Positions 25,503-35,900 of a DNA stretch of 64,000 nucleotides are shown here, piece by piece (positions within the stretch are counted from its first letter, which is position 1; every line of letters begins with the position of its first letter). Source of the DNA: an uncultured archaeon (GTDB lineage: Archaea > Nanobdellota > Nanobdellia > Pacearchaeales > GW2011-AR1); contig CAIPOI010000008.1 in NCBI GenBank assembly GCA_903866625.1, positions 2,652 through 66,651 on the forward strand, given 5' to 3'. Both the position numbers and the translations under genes were made by a program. The notes under the pieces were generated by a model, which saw only the letters and a program-made list of their open reading frames with translations, made no database searches and was not told the DNA's origin.

Positions 25503-25540
25503 TTAGTCAAATTTTTATATTTGGACTTTCTTAATATATT

Positions 25541-25912
25541 ATGTCTAAAGATAGTAAAACTTTTTTTAATTTGTTCTTAATTGGAGTTTTATCTACTACT
25601 TTAGGAGTTTCTGTAAACTATTTTACTAGGAAAATTGGATTAGGAATTCAGGATGAATTTGGTTTAGTTCCCTTAGATAAATTTTCTAGTGCTCAAACTT
25701 CTCCAAATGATAATCGTATAATTCAAGAGCAAGCACGAAGGAATTATGCTGCTTCAAAAAAAAGATTGGAAGTGCTTATTACTGATTGTTTGGCTAATCC
25801 TGAAATAACCAACAAGAGCTCGGATGTTTACCAAACTTATTTAATATTTTTAGGGAAGTATTCTACTCTTACTAACAACTTTTATATTTCTAATAAAAAT
25901 TCTGTTAAATAA
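25541..25912 (+). CDS. Hypothetical membrane-anchored protein
   Basis: 123 aa with N-terminal helix FFNLFLIGVLSTTLGVSVNYF. TATA-like box 29 nt upstream. Confidence 0.5.
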   Translation: MSKDSKTFFNLFLIGVLSTTLGVSVNYFTRKIGLGIQDEFGLVPLDKFSSAQTSPNDNRIIQEQARRNYAASKKRLEVLITDCLANPEITNKSSDVYQTYLIFLGKYSTLTNNFYISNKNSVK

Positions 25913-25924
25913 GCACGAGAATAG

Positions 25925-25932
25925 TTTAAAAA
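25925..25932 (+). promoter_or_regulatory. TATA-like box of kae1
   Basis: TTTAAAAA starts exactly 29 nt upstream of ATG 25954. Confidence 0.5.
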
Positions 25933-25953
25933 CTTTAATTTTGTTAAAACTTT

Positions 25954-26961
25954 ATGATACTTGGAATAGAAAGTACAGCACATACTTTTGGAATTGCAGT
26001 AGTAGATAATGGAAAAGTTCTTTCAAATGTGAGGGATATGTACACCACTGAGAAGGGAGGTATAGTTCCTCTTGATTCTGCTAAACATCATAAAGAAGTT
26101 TTTTCTAGAGTTTACAAAGAAGCACTTGAAAAAGCGGGGATTGCTAATGATGAAAATCAAATAAAAGCTATTGCTTTTTCTCAGGGTCCTGGAATTCCTC
26201 CTTGTTTGCTTGCTGGATTACATATAACTAAAGAATTGTCTAAAAGACTTAATGTTCCTGTTATTCCTATTAATCATTGTATAGCTCATTTAGAAATAGG
26301 TGCTTTGACTGGAGCTAAGGATCCAGTACTGCTTTATGCTTCTGGAGCTAATACTCAGATAATTGCTTATGCTGCTGGAAAATATAGGGTATTTGGAGAG
26401 ACTCTTGATTTGGGTGTTGGAAATTTTATAGATACTTTTGCAAGACATGCGGGTATTGGTTTTCCTGGAGGACCTAAAATTGCAGCTCTTGCTGAAAAAG
26501 CTTCTGAAGAAGTTAAAAACAATCTTATTGAACTACCTTATTCAATAAAGGGTATGGATGTTGCTTTTTCGGGTGCCCAGACAAAATTGAAACAACTCCT
26601 GGATTCCAAAAAATATCCGCTTGAAGATTTATCTTATAGTCTTCAGGAAACTATTTTTGCTATGCTTGTTGAAGCTTCTGAAAGAGCGTTAGCTCATACT
26701 GGTAAAAAAGAGCTTTTGATTGGTGGGGGCGTTGGTTGTAATAAAAGATTGCAAGAAATGTGTAAGATTATGTGTGAAGAAAGAGGTTGTAAATTTTTTT
26801 CTCCAGAAATTCAATTCTTAGTAGATAATGCAGGTATGATTGCTTATCTTGGGGAAATCTTATTTAATAAGAAACTTTTTGTTGAAGTTGATAATGTTTC
26901 TGAATTAGATATAAGACCGCGAGAAAGAACCGATGATGTAGAAGTTTCATGGAAAGACTAA
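25954..26961 (+). CDS. kae1: tRNA N6-adenosine threonylcarbamoyltransferase Kae1 (not fused to Bud32)
   Basis: ILGIESTAHTFGIAVV, AFSQGPGIPPCLLAG, NHCIAHLE, GGGVGCNKRLQEM, DNAGMIA. Confidence 0.92.
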   Translation: MILGIESTAHTFGIAVVDNGKVLSNVRDMYTTEKGGIVPLDSAKHHKEVFSRVYKEALEKAGIANDENQIKAIAFSQGPGIPPCLLAGLHITKELSKRLNVPVIPINHCIAHLEIGALTGAKDPVLLYASGANTQIIAYAAGKYRVFGETLDLGVGNFIDTFARHAGIGFPGGPKIAALAEKASEEVKNNLIELPYSIKGMDVAFSGAQTKLKQLLDSKKYPLEDLSYSLQETIFAMLVEASERALAHTGKKELLIGGGVGCNKRLQEMCKIMCEERGCKFFSPEIQFLVDNAGMIAYLGEILFNKKLFVEVDNVSELDIRPRERTDDVEVSWKD

Positions 26962-27094
26962 AACTTCTATCTGTTAAAAATCCTTTAATAAGATTTTTCC
27001 CATGTAGAAGTTTTATGGAAAGATTAAATTTTAGGGGTTTATTTCTGTTTAGAAAGCTTTAAATATTGTTACTATCTAATAGTTACATAATAAC

Positions 27095-27628
27095 ATGGCA
27101 GAAAAACAACTTGGAAAGGCAGGAATGCTTGTTGCTTTAGCATTTGCAGCAGTTAGTTTTGTGGGTGGAAAAGAAAAACTTGATGATTATCTTACTAAAG
27201 TTTTTCCTGTAACTCCGTATCAATATGAAGCTTATGAAGAACCAAGATTTAATATTCCTGCTAAGACTGATAGAGATTTGCTGTTTGTTAATACTACTTC
27301 AGATCCTTATCTTTTGCAAATTGATGGTAGTGATTATATGGTTGAAGGAAATTCGTATAGAACTCCTGGAGTTAATTTTGGCATTAAAATAGATGCTTCA
27401 AAATTTCCAAATTTTAAACCTGTAAAATTTGCTAATCTTAAAAAACAAGAAAAAAATTATCACAATGAATTTGAAATTCCTCAAAACTCCTCAAATGATA
27501 TTTTTTCTGTTAGATTTACTGAAGCTGACGCTCTTTCTCATGAAAGGGAAAATATTGCCAATATCGGAAAACCCTATACTGATGAAGAATTAGAGAAGAT
27601 GCTTAAAGAGTCTCTTAACAAAAGGTAA
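27095..27628 (+). CDS. Hypothetical secreted/membrane-anchored protein
   Basis: 177 aa with N-terminal hydrophobic segment AGMLVALAFAAVSFVGG. Confidence 0.5.
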   Translation: MAEKQLGKAGMLVALAFAAVSFVGGKEKLDDYLTKVFPVTPYQYEAYEEPRFNIPAKTDRDLLFVNTTSDPYLLQIDGSDYMVEGNSYRTPGVNFGIKIDASKFPNFKPVKFANLKKQEKNYHNEFEIPQNSSNDIFSVRFTEADALSHERENIANIGKPYTDEELEKMLKESLNKR

Positions 27629-27775
27629 TATCGAATATTTTTTATATAAAAACATTTATAAACCTACTTTTCACATTTATTTTAACAACCAATGACCTTT
27701 TATAGGGAGGGCTTAAAATCTTTCTATAAATTTTGTTGGGATAAATAAAAACTAAAAACAAATAAATAAAACAAA

Positions 27776-28090
27776 ATGGTTTCAGTATACGAAATAATTG
27801 AAAAGGCAAGAAAGACTGGAAAAATAGAAAAAGGAGCAAACGAAACTACCAAAGCTATTGAACTAGGAACTGCCAAGCTTGTTGCTTATGCTGCTGATGT
27901 TGATCCAAAAGAAATTGTTCAACATCTTCCAATTATAGCCAAAGAAAAAGAAATTCTTTGTGTTGAAGCAGATAGCAAAAAGAAACTTGGTGTTGCAGTT
28001 GGTATTGGTGTTGGTTGCTCAAGTGTTGCTATTATTGATGCAGGTGAAGCAGAAAAAGATTTAGCTGCTTTTAAGAAAAGCATTAAATAA
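27776..28090 (+). CDS. rpl7ae: 50S ribosomal protein L7Ae (short form)
   Basis: KGANETTKAIELGTAKLVAYAADVDPKEIVQHLPIIAKEKEILCVEADSKKKLG. L7Ae-S28e-L24e gene order. Confidence 0.9.
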   Translation: MVSVYEIIEKARKTGKIEKGANETTKAIELGTAKLVAYAADVDPKEIVQHLPIIAKEKEILCVEADSKKKLGVAVGIGVGCSSVAIIDAGEAEKDLAAFKKSIK

Positions 28091-28128
28091 TAATTAAATA
28101 AATTACTTTATTTATATAATCAATAAAA

Positions 28129-28413
28129 ATGGCAAAACCACAACAACAGTCTCAAGGTGAAAAGAAAATGTCTCTTATCGGAGATAGTAATGAAGCTTTT
28201 CCTGCAATAGTTGAAGAATTAGTTGGAAGAACAGGAAAATTTGGAGAGGTTACTCAAGTTAAAGCAAGAATTTTACAGGGTCCTGATAGGGGAAAAGTAA
28301 TGAGAAGAAATGTTAAAGGTCCAATAAGAATAAAAGATGTATTAATGTTAAGAGAAACTCAAATCGAAGCAAGAAGGCTAAGAACAAGAGTTGGAAGAGG
28401 AGGTTTTGCTTAA
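28129..28413 (+). CDS. rps28e: 30S ribosomal protein S28e (with N-terminal extension)
   Basis: [60 protein letters not shown]. Confidence 0.9.
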   Translation: MAKPQQQSQGEKKMSLIGDSNEAFPAIVEELVGRTGKFGEVTQVKARILQGPDRGKVMRRNVKGPIRIKDVLMLRETQIEARRLRTRVGRGGFA

Positions 28414-28414
28414 G

Positions 28415-28624
28415 ATGCCAAGATGTTCATTCTGTAAGAAAAACTATGAATTTCCATTAGGATTAACTTTGGTCTTAAATGATGGAAATATTCTTTATTT
28501 TTGCTCTTCTAAGTGTAGAAAAAACCAGCTTAAACTGAAAAGAGATAATAAGAAAGTTAATTGGATTAGAAAAGATTCTACTATTGAACAAGAAGCTGCA
28601 GAATCTAAAGATAGTAAGAAATAG
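28415..28624 (+). CDS. rpl24e: 50S ribosomal protein L24e
   Basis: MPRCSFCKKNYEFPLGLTLVLNDGNILYFCSSKCRKN. The track start at 28391 would overlap S28e. ATG 28415 follows the S28e stop by 1 nt and is preceded by GAGGAGG. Confidence 0.88.
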   Translation: MPRCSFCKKNYEFPLGLTLVLNDGNILYFCSSKCRKNQLKLKRDNKKVNWIRKDSTIEQEAAESKDSKK

Positions 28625-28667
28625 TTTTCTACGTTAATTATATAAACACTTGAATTTTAAGATAGTT

Positions 28668-29780
28668 ATGAAAGTCAAAAGGGGGCAGAGTAGTATAATC
28701 AGTACAGTTTTGATTGTTCTTGTGGCGTTGGTTGCTGTGGGTATTCTTGGAGTTTTTATTTTTAATCAAGTTAGAAGTTCTATGCAAGAGGCAGAAGTAA
28801 AAGCCAAGCTATCTCAACTTTCAATTTCAGTTACTAGTGCAGAAGCAGGGAATAACTATATTATATTAAGAAAAGATAGTCAAGTTAACTTTAATATTTC
28901 AAATATTTCAATTTTAATAAAGGGATATTCAGTTAATGCTAACTATCCCAGTTTATTAGATTGGCAAGTTTTAGATACCCGAAAGATTATGCTACCCAAT
29001 GATGTTCTCATGAGTGGTGATTCTATCGAAATTTTTATTATACCTTTTGAGTTAGGTAGCTCAACACCTTTTTTGGTTGCTAAAACTCAAATTTTAAAAA
29101 ATTCAAGCTCCCCTACAAATATAACTGATTCAAGTCTTATTGGTTATTGGGCTTTAGATAATAATACTAATGATTTTTTTAAATTAAATAATGGAGTCTG
29201 GGGCGGTACAGAAAGTTATGTTTTAGGAGTTAAGGGCTATGCTGCAAGTTTTAATGGGGTTAATAGTTCTATTGCTCTTGGAAATGGAATAAATGGAAGT
29301 AATATGAAAACTATTTCAGTTTGGCTTAAATTTAATAGTATTAATACTCCTCAGGAGATTATTTCTGCTTCAAGTAATCATTGTGGTTTAGAACTAGTTA
29401 TGTATGCTAATTATTTGGGGAGTTATGCTATGAGTACTTATTGTTCTGATACTTTAGATCATGGTGGTTCTTCTGTCACTTATCCTGGAAGTTCTTTAAC
29501 TTTAAATAAATGGTATCATGTGGTTGTAACTCAAAACGGTTCTGGAAGTTTGCTTAATCTTTATGTAAATGGTAGTTTGGTTGGTTCAACTCTTCTGGAT
29601 AATTCAATTGGAAATATAAAAAGTGATGGTTCTCCGGAACTTTTAAAACTTGGAAGTTGGTATGAACCTGTAAGTTACCCTTATGGAGGTAGAAGATTTT
29701 TTAATGGTGCGATAGATGAGTTAAAGATTTATAATCGTGCTTTTAATTCTACTGAAGTTCAAGCACTTTATCTTAGTTAG
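28668..29780 (+). CDS. Archaeal type-IV-pilin-like (class III signal peptide) protein with C-terminal LamG/ConA-like lectin domain
   Basis: MKVKRG|QSSIISTVLIVLVALVAVGILGVFIF is a prepilin-peptidase-type signal. The C-terminal half has LamG_3-type strands: LIGYWALDNNTND...GYAASFNG...WYHVVVTQNGSGSLLNLYVNGSLVGS...FNGAIDELKIYNRAFNSTEV. ATG 28668 is preferred over TTG 28650 because the TATA box at 28638-28646 lies 30 nt upstream of it. Confidence 0.75.
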   Translation: MKVKRGQSSIISTVLIVLVALVAVGILGVFIFNQVRSSMQEAEVKAKLSQLSISVTSAEAGNNYIILRKDSQVNFNISNISILIKGYSVNANYPSLLDWQVLDTRKIMLPNDVLMSGDSIEIFIIPFELGSSTPFLVAKTQILKNSSSPTNITDSSLIGYWALDNNTNDFFKLNNGVWGGTESYVLGVKGYAASFNGVNSSIALGNGINGSNMKTISVWLKFNSINTPQEIISASSNHCGLELVMYANYLGSYAMSTYCSDTLDHGGSSVTYPGSSLTLNKWYHVVVTQNGSGSLLNLYVNGSLVGSTLLDNSIGNIKSDGSPELLKLGSWYEPVSYPYGGRRFFNGAIDELKIYNRAFNSTEVQALYLS

Positions 29781-29894
29781 TTAATTTCCAGTTATATTTA
29801 AATTATTTATCTTTTCTCCTACAATTTTATTATTTTTTTTGTTAAAAACTCTTTAAATTTTGCCTAAAAAGTAGGGTAAAAAATCATAAAAGCA

Positions 29895-29902
29895 TTTATA
29901 AA
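29895..29902 (+). promoter_or_regulatory. TATA-like box upstream of the first giant gene
   Basis: TTTATAAA lies 54 nt upstream of ATG 29949. Unlike most genes here, this implies a ~25-nt leader, which contains AAGGTG just before the ATG. Confidence 0.4.
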
Positions 29903-29948
29903 CTCTAAATTGTTAAAATAATTAAGGTAACTTAAAAAAGGTGTGTGA

Positions 29949-32900
29949 ATGGTGTTCAAAAAATATTCTGTTAAGAATGGAAAAAAGTATGGGCCCTATT
30001 TGTATCACAATGAACGTGTAGGAGAAAAGGTCGTTACTTCTTATGTTGGTAGGGGAAAAGAAGAAAAATCCCGACGGTTATCTAGTCCACTAATCGCTTT
30101 TGTTTTAGTTTTAGCATTTTTAGTTCTTGCTTTGGTTTTTTTTGTTTTATACAAATCTTCTCCTACAGGTTTTGTTTCTTTGGAAGTTCAACCGCAGTAT
30201 AATCTTGGCGAAAATTTGAATGGTATTGTAAATTTTAATTTTAAAAAAGGAGAATTAATTCCCAGTGATTCTAAAATTCTAATTAGTTTGGGCAGTCAAT
30301 CCAAAGAAGTTTCTTTAGCGAGTTTAATAGATGATCATATTATTTCTGGAGATTATTATGCTGAACAACATCCATTAAATGGTGCTGGTGAGGGATATGG
30401 TGTAATAGGTGAAAAAATAAGTTATCCTACAATTGACTTTGAACTTCTTATAAAAAATCAAGAAGAAAGTTCTGAAACTTCTAGTTCAACTGATTCTTCT
30501 GAAACTTCTGCTCCTGAAACTCCAACAACAGAAGAAATACAAACTACTGAAACTTCTGAACAAACAACCGAAACTTTAACTCAGGAAAATACCGAAACTT
30601 CCACAATTTCAACTTCTCCAGAAACAACAGAAAGTTCTGAAGCTTCAAGTTTTGAGAGTTCTTCTTCAACAGATTCATCTTCAAGCGAAAGTTCATCAGA
30701 TTCTGATAGTTCTTCTTCAAGCGATACAAGTTCAAGTGAATCTTCATCATCTTCGGATTCTGGTTCTTCTGATAGTTCTGGTGGAGATAGTGGTGGAATA
30801 ACTGGAAATGTAATTGAAGAAAATGAATTTACAGTTTCAGGAAGTGTAAGTAATGGCGAAAATTTTGAATATAATCTTGATGATGGTCGAAGTGCAGAAT
30901 TTGTTCCTGGAAGCGCAAAAATTAATGGAGAGAGTGTGGATGATAGTCTTATAAGCATAAGGGAGTCTTCTGGAAAATTAATTGCTAGTACTGATTACAC
31001 TATTAAAGAAGAAGGTTTTGGCAGAGATTATCTTGGTAATTTTGGTTTGAGTCTTCCTATCGATTTAGGAAAATTAGGAATAACTGCTGAACAAGGAATT
31101 CTTAATATAGAAATTATTGCTCAAGATTCTGCAATTGCTCATTCTGAACAGATAATAGGCATAAGACCTGAATCAATACCTACAAATACTTCACTTGAAT
31201 TTGTTAAAGATATACCTCAACAAAGAATAAAATCTGGAGATTCAATAGAACTAAATCTTAGAGAGTATTTTACTGGTGCAGAGCAATATGCTTTTGAAGC
31301 TAATAATATAACTGCTAAGATAGATGATTCTAGCGGATTAATTACTTTAGTTGCAGATGAAGGATTTAAGGGTGCGAAAAAAGCAAAGATTATTGCTATA
31401 AAAGGTAGTGAACAGGTTGAATCTAACGAGTTTAATATTCTTGTAAGTTCTGGAGCTATTAATATAGACACTACTCATACTCCTATAAAGGTAGGGGAAG
31501 AGGTTAAATGGACTCAAAAGATAAATCTTGAAACACCTGAAGCTATAACTATTGATTTACCTAAAGATGCAGAAAATGTAAACATCTCCAAACTTGATGT
31601 TAATTTAGAACAAGTTCCTGTTTCAGAAACTAATGTTGAAAGTTCTGATTCTGGTTTTAGTTTAACTGGAAATGTTGTTATTGATATAGAACTTCATAAT
31701 CAACCAAGAATAATAACTATCCTAAAAAATTTCTTTTCAGGTATGACTGGAAATGTTATTGAGGGCCAAGAAGAAGTTAATGCTGAAACTTCAATAACTC
31801 CTACAGAAACTCAAGAGGTTACTATAACTGATGCTTCTACGCAATATACTGTTGAATATACTACTCCAGCTCCAACTGCTGAAGAAATTAGCACAAGAGA
31901 AGGAAAGCAAGTTACAGTTTCAGCTGAGGATAGCCTTGGATATAAAGATGTTTTAGCTTATGCAAATATTCCTGAGGTTTATTCAGTTGGACAAGAAAAT
32001 TCTATTAAAATTTACTGGGCAAATAATGATTCTTACTTGCCTTTTGATGCTTATGATTTAGATGGAAATGGCAAAATAGATTATATTGAATGGATTGTTC
32101 CTCATTTATCTAATCAAACTTTTGAAATTATTTTGATAACTAAGGCTATGCAGTTAGATTCTAATAAAAATGTTGTTCAAGATATTTATAATCTGGTTGG
32201 AAAGAAAGATGGTGTTAGTGCTTATATCTCTGAACAAAATTATATTCAAGTAATGTTCGAGCAAAATCTTACTCTTGGAAAAGATATGACTGTTTATGCT
32301 AAGGGTATTGGAATGATTTATGTTTATAATGTTAATTCTAATGATCCCATTGGTGAGATTAGTGTTAATAGTCCTGATATAAAAGAATATAAAATTTATC
32401 CAAGCTATACTTTCGGAGATAGTTATGATTTAAAGATAACTGGAAATATTGAAGTGGATTATATTGTTGATCCTATTGATTGTTCAAGTTATGGTTTTTC
32501 TGATTGTCAAGCTAATTCTCTTTGTACTGTTAATACTGATCCAAATATTTGTAGTTCTTATGGTTCCTATGAATCTTGTTCTGGGGCTTCTGATTTTGGT
32601 TGTTCTCCAAGTATGAATGGAGATTGTAGCATATATGGGGGGACGGGCATGGATAGTGATTGCTACAATAATCCTGGTTGTTCTGCAGATTATACGCAAA
32701 GTTGTGAGGGATTAGGTGAAAATGATTGTGGAGTTGGTTCTTATTCTAGTTGTACTCCGGTGCCCTTTGATTGTGGGACTTTTTCAAATATAGATGATTG
32801 TAATATGCAAAGCGGAAACGGTTGTGTAAGTAATACTGACTCTTGTTCCAATTTAGCTTATCCTGATTGTACTTCGGTAACTGGTTGTAGTGATTACTCG

Positions 32901-35900
32901 GATCATTGCGAGGGTACTTATTTAACAAGTTGTTCTGGTGGGAATTTTGCTTCTTGTAGTGGTACTTATGCAGGTTCTTATAATAATAATTGTCTGAATA
33001 ATCCTGGCTATTTTATTAGTTGCTCAGGAGATTATTTCACGGGTTGTTCCGGAACTATTTATCTAAATGGCGATAGTGGTTGTAGTAGTAGTCCGAATAA
33101 TTGCGAGGATGGTACTTCTTGTATTTCCTACAGTGATTCTACTATTTGCACTAATGGTGCTGAAGGAAGTGCTTGTAATTCCAATGGTGTTTGTACTTCA
33201 GGTTATTGTTCTGCACCTATCGGTATATGTACTAATGGCTCAGTTAATTCTGGTTGTATTGATAGTTCTAGTTGTGTAGGAGGTTTATGCGCTTCTAATA
33301 ATAAATGTGGCGGTTTGGTTGGTGATAGTTGTGAAACTGTTAGCTGTCAAACTGGATATTACTGCGGTATTTATACTTGTACAACAGGAGAAACAGGTTC
33401 AGAATGTAATGATAATGGTGATTGTATTTCTCAGAGCTGTAGTGATGGTTATTGTATTTCTCCAGATCCTGCTTTAATTGCGAAATACAGTTTTGAAAAT
33501 AATGCTGATGATAGTTCTGGAAATAATAATAATGGTATTTGGGGCGGTGTACAAAGTAGTATAGCTTATACAACAGGAGTTTCTGGTCAAGCTGCAAGTT
33601 TTAATTCAGAAACTTATGTTAATGCTTCAATAACAGGTATACCTACTGGGTCTCAACCTAGAACTTATGCTTTCTGGATTAACTATGCTCAGGATGAAAA
33701 TACAATTATGTTTTCTCAGGGTACTACTTCTTCTAATGATGCTTTCTATATGTTTAGATATGGTCCTAATAATGGAGATATTTCTGGAAAAATGGTAGTT
33801 GGTATTTGGGGTTCTGGTAGTTATAATGGCGTCTCTTTATCAACAGTTTCTACAAATGAATGGCATCATGTTGTAGTTTCTTATAATGGGACCTATGTTG
33901 ACTTTTATTTAGATGATGTTTTACAAAGTTCGCAAGCAGCAACTTATAGTACAAGTTCTGGAAATTTATTCATTGGTAAGTTTGATCCAGAACAATATAA
34001 TAGTTATTTGTTTGTAGGCGCTATGGATGAGTTCCAAGTTTATAATTATGCTTTGAGCTCTAGCGATGTAACAACACTATATAATTCTTATAGCTCAACT
34101 CCTGCTTTAATAGCAGAATATGATTTTGAAAATAATGCAAATGATGCTCTTGGTGTGAATAATGGAACATGGGCTGGAGAAGGAAATCTTAATCAATATG
34201 CTGCAGGAGTTTCTGGGCAAGCCGCTTATTTTGATGGAGCGAGTTATATTACTACTCCTTTAACTATCTCAAGTATTCCTTTAACAGTTTCTGGTTGGTT
34301 CTATATAACTTCAACAGAACCTGGAAATCAATGGCTTCTTGGAGCTGATGATGGTAATGGTAATACTGTTGGAGTGGACCTTTGGTATAATCAATTCCAA
34401 AACTTTTATGGAACTGGTTATGAAAATACTGGAGTTTATATTACTCCTAATACTTGGACTTATCTAACCTATACGATTAATTCCAGTGAGTCTAAACTTT
34501 ATGTTGATGGACAACTAGCTTATACTGGTTCTGCTGGAGAGTCACCAAGTTCAACTGCTGTAACTATTGGTGCAAATGGAAATGCGGCTTCAAAAGTTAA
34601 TGGTTATATTGATGAATACAAAGTTTATAACTATGTTTTAACTGCTGAGGAAATAAATACGTCATTTAATTCACTTGCAGTTTTGGGATGTATGAATTCA
34701 AGTGCTATAAACTATAATCCTTCTGCAAATATAGATGACTCAAGCTGCACTGGAAGAATTGGAGATAGTTGTGATCCTAGTAGTGATCCAAGTACTCAAT
34801 GCGTTTCTGGTTATTGTAGCGGTTCTTCTTTCGTTTGTTCTAGCGGAGAAATTGGAGTTTCATGCGATGATATTTATAATCAGGCTTGGCAATGTTCTTC
34901 AAGTCGTTGTGTAGATGGTTATTGTGCTGCAGCTTTGGCAGGTCATGGAGAATCTTGTGCTTTAATTGAGTGTTCACAATCTCCAGATGGTCAGATTTGT
35001 AATACTTATGATTATACTTGTACTTGGGGACAGATTGGAGAACCTTGTAATACGGGTGATGAGTGTCCTTATGCAAGTAACATTTGTGGAAGTAATAATC
35101 TTTGCGGGGCTAATAATGGAGATTTATGTAGCGGTGGTGAACCTTGTCAGTCTAGTTATTGTTTGGATGATTCTCTTGCAGGTTACACTGGTTCTGGTGC
35201 TATTTGTTCAGATAAATCTATTGGTTCGCCTTGTTCGACTACTAATCAAGCAACAGAATGTAGTAGTGGTTATTGTTCTGGAGAGCCAGGAGTTTGTTCA
35301 TTAAAATCTAATGGTGTTCCTTGTTCAGCTGATGGAGAATGTAGTTCTGGAGTTTGTGGAACTAATAATTTGTGTGGAATTACGCTTGGAACTACTTGCG
35401 ATGATAATTCAAAATGTCAATCAGGTTATTGTGGTTATGGTGATGGAAGAGTTTGTACTACTGGAGAAAATGGTCAGGGATGTACATCTGGAGGAAATGA
35501 TCAATGTATTTCTGGGATTTGTAATGAACTTTATTATGATAACTTTTTCTGTGTAGGCAGTGATGGTCAAGATTGTACTATAAATGAGTATAGTGGTTTA
35601 GGTTATTGTAATTCTACTTATTGTGGTTCTGATTCAAAATGTACTGATAAACAGATTGGTTCACATTGTGGGAATGCAACAGATTGTGATTCTCAAATTT
35701 GTATCTCTAATATTTGTGCTTCAGATACAATTTATCCTCAAGTAAGCTTTGCAACAGGAACTCCCGATGACGCTTCATCTCAATCGAGAACAAGCATTTA
35801 TGCAGATGTAAATGTAGTAGAAGATAATTTTGCTAACTTAACAATTTATTTATATAATACTAGCTTAGTAAGTTCTCAAACTTTTACAAATTCAGTTAGA

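Noticed and set aside
30463-30795. Highly repetitive TCT/AGT/GAA DNA that could look like a tandem repeat or CRISPR-like array
   Set aside because: There is no repeat-spacer periodicity. It is in frame within the giant ORF and encodes a Ser/Thr/Glu-rich linker. I saw no CRISPR array anywhere in the window.
30544-35556. Track ORFs inside or antisense to giant gene 1 (30544-30750, 30581-30958, 31217-31471, 32484-32699, 32746-32928, 33067-33279, 33340-33597, 34840-35076, 34966-35304, 35311-35556)
   Set aside because: All are nested in the 7.1-kb ORF, which has coherent domain content. Their translations are low-complexity (V/L/I- or H/Y/K-rich) with no motifs.
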